This document shows, piece by piece, positions 36,491-45,399 of a stretch of 64,000 bases of DNA. The stretch lies in the NCBI GenBank assembly GCA_032718475.1, contig JAUCBJ010008086.1:43123-107122 (forward strand), written 5' to 3'. The notes under the pieces are model-generated. The model was not told the origin of the DNA and searched no databases. It was given only the letters and a program-made list of their open reading frames with translations. How positions within the stretch are numbered: the first letter of the stretch is position 1; each line of letters begins with the position of its first letter. The DNA is from Nemertoderma westbladi (lineage: Eukaryota; Animalia; Xenacoelomorpha). The position numbers and the translations under genes are program-made.

Positions 36491-39400
36491 ATGACGGAGT
36501 TGATAGAAGATGATCTTGGTATTAGGGAGCGATATACTCTACCTTTACAAGCATTTGTGGATAGCTTAATACGCGGTGAAGCCGATCCAACCATTACGGA
36601 GGACGATGGTCGTTATATCGAACCGCCGATGTCCCAAGAGCAACTTGCGCGTGAATTGGACTATCGAAAATTCACCACTCGCTATACGAATCGTAATGGT
36701 ACGTATATGGACTTCTTAACTACCGGCCATCCTATCGATTTACATGATATGGACGATGTAGATACAGAGAGGGAAATGGTTCTATTTAAATATCATACCC
36801 AGCGGAGTCGTAACGATAAACCGAGAATAGATCACGAAAATTCTATTCGTAATAGACTGGAAAGAGAAAACGTTGAAGAACCGGATAAACGCATCGATTT
36901 CAACGAATACCTAGAATTTTTGAGAGAAACCTATCTCAACATCGCTAGTCAGCAGAACTTAGAGACTCGATATCCTCAAGGTATACATCACGACCCTGTG
37001 GTAGAACTCAAACGGCTCTATTTCACTATGATGTATCTTACCGCCGATCGTCCACTACCTGTTATCCCGGATAGTTTTGAACAAATGGAAGAATACTGCA
37101 AAACTGGAGAACGATCACCCGCGTTTCCTCTACAGGACGTACGTCTTTGGTATTATTGTGACGAATGCCCTAGACCCAACCAACAAACTGAAAGACATAA
37201 ACATCCGCGAAGACGTTGCGCTAAACACAGCTTTACGCGTTACACTTACGGGAGTTTCGAGCGAAACCTGTTCGACGTACCACCTACGATTGCTCGTCTT
37301 AAACGATCACTGAATAAACCCATGATCAGAGTTCCGGAATACTCGGTCAGGCCTCCCCATTCCCTAGTGAGACCTCAAACTCTTGATCCTAACAGTATCA
37401 CTGATCCTCCCGAACTATATTCCCTGTTCAAAGACTTAGTGTTACCCGAACAAATAATCGGTGGTGCTCCGGTAGTGGGTTCGTTAGACATTCGCCCATC
37501 CTACTTAGCCGGATTGGGACGCGGGCAGCTAATATCGCCCTTTGATCCTTACAATCGTCCAGGATTAAACCCGATGCAACCCGCCACGGAAGTCGAGGAG
37601 AGCGTTATAAGAAACGCTTTAGACGCCATTCGACAGAAAATCGGAAAGGGAACACAAGATTGTTTAGAGAAACGTAAATTACAACAACAAGTCCAATCGG
37701 TGAAGGAGTTAGCCTTGCCACAGTTCGATAGAGAAATCCAAAACCTCGAGGAAGATATCAAGCTTGGACGCACGTATTCTCTACAAGAATTTTTAGATGA
37801 ACGCTTACAGAGACAAGCGGAAGAAAATCTAATCGAGGAGAAACACACGAAACTGGAAGAGAGAGAAGAAGCCGCTTTAGCCCAACCTGAAGCTCAAATC
37901 CTCATGACGGACCTCTACTCTAAAACCGTTCGTCATCCCTCGATGATTCCACATTTCGGAGACAAGCTCTTCGCTACGATACAGCCTCAACCGGTTGATA
38001 TCAGTACAGGATCGCAAAATCTTATCGCTGATGCCCCTATGTTACAGCGTCCGCCGATCGAGGCCGCTCGTGTTGACGGTATACTCGTTGAACCTCCGGA
38101 CAATCGAGCGGATCTTGTCCGTCGTATGGTACACGATGTCAACATACGCGCTAGACCTTTACAGAACTCGTTTTATGGGATTAAAGAGCACCCTTATTAC
38201 GTTAATCTGACTCAATATTATATGGTAAAACCAGAAGACCCGACGCATAACTTAAAGTTTCTACCACTAATCAATCCTCTAGACATTGTCGAACTCGAAC
38301 AATTGCAGAAACATCTGGATCAGTTAGTAAAGGTAAACTCATTTAGAAAACCATATAACATTTCTCGAATCGAGAAAGATATAGAACCTCCTTATAATCT
38401 CGATGGATTTATTAAAACTCGATTAGTCCATTGGAATCTAGATGTATTATTTGAAGAAGAGAAAATACAAAGATATGGAAATGTGGAGACGTATACCACT
38501 CGGCACATGAAGTATAGTGATCTCCCTGACGCTAACCAATGCGCCACCTTGTGGCATCCAGTAGGGATGACTCTAGATAACGCCACCAAGGAGTGGAATG
38601 AAACTCTTAATGTTATTGAGATGTATGGAGTTGTCACCTACGACAATGAAGGTAGCGTTCCGGTCGGAGAACTAGGAACTACGCGCATGATCCACATACG
38701 CGGATTAGCTGGTTCTACCCACGTGTTTACTCGAGCGTGTTCCGACGTGATTGATTATTCCTTTGAAACTCTCACCGAAACACAAAAGAATCTCCGACAT
38801 GGACAATTCGAACTCGCGCAGCGTTACGTTATTGACACCGAACGCAAACCGGCCATGGGCATCGATGGATCGATGTTACCCCAACCCGTACTCGAGATGT
38901 TGTTCAACGAAAGAATCCTTAAAATCGGCTCAGCTGTTTATGGAGATCTCCAAAACGACTTTCGGAATATGGAGAACATTCCATACCCTTTCGTTGATAC
39001 TCAGCTGATTGCTCCCTGGGCAGAAGGTCGAGGTTTCTTCCGCACCATGTATGCTAATACGTCTAGCAACATTACAAAGGTGCAACGAACTTCCATCGGA
39101 CATCTTGCCTTTCAGGAATACGGATGGAATTTCAAAGTCGGAAATCCCATTAACTATCAACAAGTATACGGAGATCATTATTCCCGATTATACTTTGATG
39201 GACCATTAACCGCACCTGGCGCCGTGTATAGCTTCATGAGTGTTCCACTCCATCCTTCCTTAGCTATCTACACGATTTTTGAAAACACCGCACTTGCCGG
39301 TTGGCTAGCCGATGTGTGCAGTCGTACTATACGCGCCCATCCGTTAATACTTGGGACCAAACTCGCTAAGCTAGATGAGCATAATAAATTCATCCGCTTC

Positions 39401-40738
39401 GAATGTTTCCGGCGATTTTTAACCCCGTTCCGCAACGTGGATAGCCAATTTAAAGACCGCGCTTTGACCAAGCTCAGCCTAAGAAACTCAGCTGCAGAGA
39501 AGTTGGATAGCGCTGGATTCGCCATTTTCCAAGAGATTTGTATATCGAACTTGCACTCCTCTGTTATACAAAGACCTCGAATCCCCACAGGTTATTCTGT
39601 CGTGGAAATTCAGACAATAGGTCCACCTGAAGAGACAGACACGCCCACCTCAGCTATGCACTTGGAAGACGAGCCAATATGTCTAGAATCTGAGGAGATT
39701 CAGCCTATCGCGCCCCGGAACAGCGACAACGACTACATCATAGAATGGTATCAAGGTCCACAGTGTCTCACTGCGTACGATTATCGACATGCCAACTATG
39801 TTTCTAGGCAACGTTGTCGGTTATGCGCATCGAGAGACCATGATACGCCCATGGACACAAACGTCCGCTGTTCCTATTTCCAAGAACAACCGACTATGGA
39901 AATTTATTGCGCCTATTGCAGACTCAATAACTTGCATATTTTTGCGGTTTGCCCTCAATTTATGACTCAATGTCACCATTGTCAACTAAAGGGACACGCC
40001 AGTTTCGATTGCCCTTTTAATCACGATTTGGAAAGCGTAGATGAAATGATCACACTACGTTACATCAGAGCTTGGGAAGCGAACGCTGATTTACATTGTG
40101 ATTCGCGCCATCGCTATTATCCCGGACGCGCTTACGAAGGAGTTTATGCGTTCCATCCTTATCTATTCGCTTCTGTCGAACAGAAATCACGCATATCGAG
40201 TTACGAACTACTGAAGCGCGTCGGAGAATGTATTTCAACCAAGTTCGTACGTAAATTTCTCAGGAGTGTTAATCCTAGCGACCTTCATTCCTATAACTTA
40301 ATCAATTACATCCGTCAGGATCCGGACTATGGAGACTTATTTGTTAACTCACACCCAGAGTTACAGGAAGTATATCGGCGGCCTTACGAATACCGAGCCC
40401 GCGAACGCGAGTTGGAAAGAACCATTAAACCCCGGAGGTTTCTAACTGCCTATGGTCCACCCACGGCCCTCGTTCAGACCACTCGTAAAGGACCCGTAAG
40501 AGCGGCTGTCTTAAAACGAGCTCTCAAAGCCGTTAGACCCCTCTCCCCCGACGTTGATGTCAATCAACCCGGTACTTCGACTGGCGGATACACCGACCAT
40601 AATCCTACACCCTCTGATGCAATCATATTGCACCTTTCACCCAGGAGTTATAGCCCTCCTTGTAAAGTGGCTCGCCCCAAAGAGAAAAGGACTCTGGCTA
40701 GCTTTAAAAAACTGCGTAAACGCCGTCCGCGCTGTTAG
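36491..40738 (+). CDS. Extra retrotransposon ORF3 (1415 aa): N-terminal CxxC..CxxH, coiled coil, DEDDy 3'-5' exonuclease-like domain, C-terminal Cys/His knuckles, basic tail
   Basis: VVTYDNEG (ExoI), LPQPVLEMLFNERILKIGSAVYGDL (ExoII), FVDTQ, SIGHLAFQEYG, PLTAPGAVYSFMS (ExoIII-like) resemble WRN/EXD/RNase D domains; CRLC...H, CAYC....H...C, CHHCQLKGHASFDC; KKLRKRRPR. A remnant lies inside the LTRs of copy 2. Confidence 0.8.
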   Translation: MTELIEDDLGIRERYTLPLQAFVDSLIRGEADPTITEDDGRYIEPPMSQEQLARELDYRKFTTRYTNRNGTYMDFLTTGHPIDLHDMDDVDTEREMVLFKYHTQRSRNDKPRIDHENSIRNRLERENVEEPDKRIDFNEYLEFLRETYLNIASQQNLETRYPQGIHHDPVVELKRLYFTMMYLTADRPLPVIPDSFEQMEEYCKTGERSPAFPLQDVRLWYYCDECPRPNQQTERHKHPRRRCAKHSFTRYTYGSFERNLFDVPPTIARLKRSLNKPMIRVPEYSVRPPHSLVRPQTLDPNSITDPPELYSLFKDLVLPEQIIGGAPVVGSLDIRPSYLAGLGRGQLISPFDPYNRPGLNPMQPATEVEESVIRNALDAIRQKIGKGTQDCLEKRKLQQQVQSVKELALPQFDREIQNLEEDIKLGRTYSLQEFLDERLQRQAEENLIEEKHTKLEEREEAALAQPEAQILMTDLYSKTVRHPSMIPHFGDKLFATIQPQPVDISTGSQNLIADAPMLQRPPIEAARVDGILVEPPDNRADLVRRMVHDVNIRARPLQNSFYGIKEHPYYVNLTQYYMVKPEDPTHNLKFLPLINPLDIVELEQLQKHLDQLVKVNSFRKPYNISRIEKDIEPPYNLDGFIKTRLVHWNLDVLFEEEKIQRYGNVETYTTRHMKYSDLPDANQCATLWHPVGMTLDNATKEWNETLNVIEMYGVVTYDNEGSVPVGELGTTRMIHIRGLAGSTHVFTRACSDVIDYSFETLTETQKNLRHGQFELAQRYVIDTERKPAMGIDGSMLPQPVLEMLFNERILKIGSAVYGDLQNDFRNMENIPYPFVDTQLIAPWAEGRGFFRTMYANTSSNITKVQRTSIGHLAFQEYGWNFKVGNPINYQQVYGDHYSRLYFDGPLTAPGAVYSFMSVPLHPSLAIYTIFENTALAGWLADVCSRTIRAHPLILGTKLAKLDEHNKFIRFECFRRFLTPFRNVDSQFKDRALTKLSLRNSAAEKLDSAGFAIFQEICISNLHSSVIQRPRIPTGYSVVEIQTIGPPEETDTPTSAMHLEDEPICLESEEIQPIAPRNSDNDYIIEWYQGPQCLTAYDYRHANYVSRQRCRLCASRDHDTPMDTNVRCSYFQEQPTMEIYCAYCRLNNLHIFAVCPQFMTQCHHCQLKGHASFDCPFNHDLESVDEMITLRYIRAWEANADLHCDSRHRYYPGRAYEGVYAFHPYLFASVEQKSRISSYELLKRVGECISTKFVRKFLRSVNPSDLHSYNLINYIRQDPDYGDLFVNSHPELQEVYRRPYEYRARERELERTIKPRRFLTAYGPPTALVQTTRKGPVRAAVLKRALKAVRPLSPDVDVNQPGTSTGGYTDHNPTPSDAIILHLSPRSYSPPCKVARPKEKRTLASFKKLRKRRPRC

Positions 40739-41298
40739 CTTATCCAATTCCGCTAACACAAACCCATAGAGTGAGCCATAAAGCGATATTGGGAGCACGA
40801 GGTTGATTACCAATCAACCTCGTGTCAGCCCAGTAAACGGGGACAATAGGCCCCAAAGGAGACACACACAATAAGGGTCAGGGGTTACTCCCCTGACAAG
40901 AGAGAGAATAGCTGGGGTGAACGGGAAACACACCAGGGAAGGTGAAGGGGCGAGAAGTGGGATATTAGCCAATGGGGGGACAGCATCGACTAGGTACACT
41001 AATATGGCCAACCGTGCAGTATATTACCTGTTGGTGCTCCCCTATTCAGTCAGTTATCTCAGTCGGTCAGTACAGTCAGGTAGTACGGTGACAGTTAGGA
41101 CCGTCACCGCCGTCATCACATTACCGGTACCAGTGCAGCAGTATTCAGTGCTATCTGCTATTGTACCTATACACTATATGTTATCTCAATTTATATCCTT
41201 AACAACAACGTCAGAACAACAACTCTTTTCATCCACACGGCGGGGACGCGTACTTAACCAATACCGGATAAACCGGGATCCTCTCGGATCCCGTCACA
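40733..41298 (+). repeat. 5' LTR (566 bp) of a third LTR element inserted in the last codons of ORF3
   Basis: TGTTAGC..ATCCAATTCCGC ... GATCCCGTCACA; both ends match the solo LTR at 62666-63286; insertion point is where copy 1 and copy 2 ORF3 diverge. Confidence 0.8.
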
Positions 41299-41343
41299 GT
41301 CCTAACTCTAGGCCTGCCGAACTGTAACAGACCAAAGATAAAG

Positions 41344-41974
41344 ATGAGTCGAGAGAAAGGAACGACACCGCCGCGGACCCCGGACGACGATCTAACGATC
41401 CGCGAGGCCACGGCGAGACGATACGAACCCACGACGCCGGTCGATGCTACGCCGACCACGTCGACGCAGGTTGACGCCACGTCGATAACGAGCAATACGG
41501 CGAACCAAGTTGTGGGGGGTCGTCTACCAGGAGAGAGCGAGTCGAGTAGAGGAGACGAGTCGGGAGAAGAAGAGAAAGACGAGTCGACGCGGAGCGAGGG
41601 TCGACATACCGATGTCACCGGCCAGCCACAGGCCGAGGACGACGAACGGTCCACCGGAACGGCGACGGTGGGGCCGTCGGTACGACGTCGGACCCGGAGA
41701 GACAGAGGAGAGGTCGGCGACGAGGACGTCGGGGTTTCTGATCAACTTCGACGGGCCTACAACGCGACCCGGGAACTACTAAAGGAGGCCAAGGAGGGGG
41801 CGAAGATAGACGAGGTGAGACTGAGAAAGCGACTAGGTGAGTCGAACAGATATTTTGATCACCTAGTGTGTTCTGGACAGAGAGAACTAGCAGAGTTGAG
41901 GGCGTGGGGAGTTGCCTTCGAACTGTTTAAACTATGGGAATGTGGGGGTATGGAACCTAGTGTAGTGTACATAG
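41344..41974 (+). CDS. N-terminal part of the first (gag-like) ORF of the third LTR element, truncated by BEL copy 2
   Basis: ATG 45 nt after the LTR; Thr/Glu/Arg-rich disordered sequence; the stop codon is supplied by the inserted LTR at 41975. Confidence 0.55.
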
Positions 41975-43174
41975 TGTAAAAGCTTTTGTGGGATAACTGA
42001 TTCGTTTGCCTTGTTGGCCAGTTCCCCCCCAGTCGCTAAGAATACTCTCAAAGTGATCTATAGCTAAAAATAGTGCAAGTTACCAGCTTATTGGCTGATT
42101 TGCTGTACGCAGGCATCTGGGCTCTGTTTAATCGGCCAACAAGCCTAGGGAGGTTGCGTCATAGCCTTGTTTTTGTATCTCCCAATAGAATTTGAGTTAG
42201 CCTTGATTTTGACCTATCACAGAGCTACTGAACTGAAATTTTCCTATCTCACTGCTCTTTCTCTGTGTTGAACGGGAGCTTCGTGGAATAAGGGAGTTGG
42301 TATCCTCGTACAGAGCAGTAGTCACGAGTTTTTCAAAGCCACGAAAGAACGGCTTTTTAGTGTTTTGTGCTTTCTGCTTTTTAGCTCAACACTAGTAGGT
42401 TTAATTATAAGGACATATATCCTTTAACTGCAATTTCGTAATCACTGCATACTGCGGTACTGCATACACTGCATACTGTGTAACACTGTGCATACTTTTA
42501 TATTGTTATACTGCTATTTACTGTCAGTTCTTCATAATATGGTTGATGAATTATTATATTTGGAATAACGAGAAATAACCCCGAAAACCCAATATTCTTG
42601 ATATACCGAAGGTAAGAGAGAAAGGTTACCAATAACGATTGTGACTTATGTTAAAGTGGTTTGAAGTGAATCTAATGTTATTTGGTAGACCCTACATGAG
42701 TCAGTCTGTGTTCCTTTTATATGTGATTAAAATCAGTGAAGATTGGCAGATTAGTGTGCAGTATTGTGCAGCATTGCGTATGAGCGAGTCTGTTAAAGAA
42801 GCAATTCCTAAAGAATGCGCCATATATGTGAATTATAATTAAGCCATATCGTTGTGAGTAGTTTAAGTCATAACTCTGTTTCTATAGATAAAGCGCCACG
42901 TCCTAAAGGAACTGTTAATATTCCCGAAGGTGAATAATATTGTCAGAGATTATATAATACTGTCAGTCGAATAATACATTAGGCTTACATAGCAACAAAA
43001 TTAAACCGTCGAACCCAATCTCCCGGGAATATCCAGCGGGTGAATGGTCGCGCACGGATTGGTTTCGACTAGTGTAGTGAATCAAATACTTGTCATAGGC
43101 TAAAAAGCGATTTAATATCTAGAAGACATCTTAATTTGGCGGGTTAAACTGCCAAAGGTCTGAAAGCGCGAACA
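41975..43174 (+). repeat. 5' LTR of BEL copy 2 (1200 bp)
   Basis: TGTAAAAGC...AAAGCGCGAACA; direct repeat of 52609-53292. Confidence 0.93.
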
Positions 43175-43186
43175 TTAAAGGATATA
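43175..43186 (+). promoter_or_regulatory. Non-tRNA primer-binding position of copy 2, complementary to LTR segment 42416-42427
   Basis: TTAAAGGATATA is the reverse complement of TATATCCTTTAA (42416-42427). Confidence 0.7.
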
Positions 43187-45399
43187 GCTTCTTTGTTGCA
43201 GTAAGCAATAAAGTTGAAAGTACCGGTCAACCGGTAAACCTGAACCGGTACATCTGTAGGTCAGTAGTCAGTAGGCCCAACCGCTAGAACCGGTACTTCT
43301 GTATTCCGTAGGCCTAGCTGTCCTAACCGGTACTTCCGTATAAGTACACTAGTATTATTCGATTTGATTGTTGTATACCGGTAGGTCTTAGTACTTAATC
43401 AGGGAACGGCCGCCCTGATTTTTTATTGAGATTTTACTTATTTCTGTCAAGTTTTATTTATTTGTAGGCCAGTATTGAACAGAAGGCGTGTAAGCCTGAT
43501 CAGATTGTACAGACGATTTGTAGGCTGAGCTGTTGTCTGATTGCTGTTAAGTCCGAACGAATTGCAGTGTGTGTAGATCACCTGTCCGATTAAGTACGAT
43601 TAGGCAGTAGGGGCAGCGAACGCTGTAAGGTAAACCCCCAACTAAAGAATAAGTCGCACTACTGGGTTAGAGCGCATACTCCCTAATCATTTCGGAGTCT
43701 GCATGTCCTGTAGTTTATTTAGGCTTGAGAGTAGTCTGCCATCGTTTAGTCTGTACTTTGTTTGTGTAAGTCTGTACGGGTAGCGTATAATTTTATTTAG
43801 ATAATTTGTAGGCTGGATAGTTGTCTGGCTGTTATTAGGTCTGAACGGATTGCCGCGTGTGTAGATCATCTGTCCGATTAAGTACGGTTAGGCAGTAGGG
43901 GCAGCGAACGCTGTAAGGTAAACCCCCAACTAAAGAATAAGTCGCACTACTGGGTTAGAGCGCATACTCCCTAATCATTTCGGAGTCTGCATATACCGTA
44001 GTTTGTTTAGGCTTGATAGTAGTCTGTCAGTGTTCGGTCTGTATTTTGTTTGAGTAGTTTGTACGCGTAGCGTAATATTTATTATTCAGAGTTTATGCGA
44101 TTATCAGCAACATTCATTCCCCAAGTTTGTTCCTACAGTAATTGTGTTTGTTATACATACCGCTATAGTTAAATTAACCCCGGTACTACACGGGCTGCTC
44201 GGCGTAGGTAAAGACTGGTGATTTTGTGCATCGGTCACTCCAGATGCCGTGGTTCTTTTAGCTGTTCAAGTATATTTAACTACTGATTATTTGTTGTACA
44301 AGTACTCGTACCTAATTTAGGGTTTAGTGTACAGTACTTTCCGAAGTAATTATTGTAGACATTATATCTGTGTTGTAAAGTGGTTGATAGGCACATTCGA
44401 TTAGCTCTATTAACTTCTAGGTAGGAACACTCCGTGATACATAACGTAGAACCTATAGCGATACGGCTATAGGTCGTCAGGCGGTGGTATTTTCCTATCT
44501 AGACAACGCAGTGTATTTACTACTACTTATTATTTCAAAACACCGTAGTACCCTGTCCGTTGTAATAACCGGTATTCTAACCCTTTGTTAGGCTGGTTTG
44601 TAGACTTCTTGTAAAATTACCCTAAAAATTCGTATTTGTGTTTTTGTAAATTTTTTGTGTTTATTTAGAGATTGTAATCTCACCCGAATTGTACGTAATT
44701 TGTAGTATTAAGTAACTTAGGTAAATTAGTATTATTTGTTTTAGTGTCCTATACGTAACACTTCACTAAAAGCGCACCGCTTTGTGTAGTGATTACCCCC
44801 AGAAATAATAACATTTATTTCCAACATTGACTAAACCCATTAAAACGGGTATATATATATTATAAATCAAATCTAACGATTTATAAATAGTAGGCCTACC
44901 ATATAACAACTAGGTCTCCATATCAGTTGGACTACTGCTCAAATAACGGTAATAAAGTAAGTAAAGTAACAAAGTAACCCTAAAGTAACAGAAATTCAAT
45001 TATTTGAAATAATTGATATACCGGTATTTACGATAAGCCTATTATCTTTATTTCTATAAATCTAGGCTGAAATTATACCGGTACTTGTGATTAATTCTAT
45101 TTCAGAATTATATATCCTACAAACTGTAAGCTGTATACCGGTATTCCAGATAGGCCTATTATATATTATATATATTTGTGCTAAAATTATACCGGTATTC
45201 TGTGATAAACCTAGTCTGTGATAATACTTATATAGTTATATATACTATAAGTATACCGGTATTCTAATATATTATATATATATCACGCTACACTGAGTAG
45301 CAGTACCGGTAATTAATTACTAGGCTATCAGTTAATACTGAGTTACTAGACTTGCTCAGACTGTAATACAGCAGTAGACATTCAACTGTACACATAAGC

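Larger units (their letters stand above)
23111..40732 (+). mobile_element. Large BEL/Pao LTR retrotransposon, copy 1 (5' LTR, leader, gag-pol, spacer, extra ORF); 3' end cut by a nested LTR element
   Basis: TG...CA LTR homologous to those of copy 2; BEL-type gag-pol; colinear with copy 2 up to ...CGCCGTCCGCGC at 40732. Confidence 0.92.

Noticed and set aside
36491-40738. ORF3 as an env gene
   Set aside because: No signal peptide, furin/fusion segment or transmembrane anchor visible
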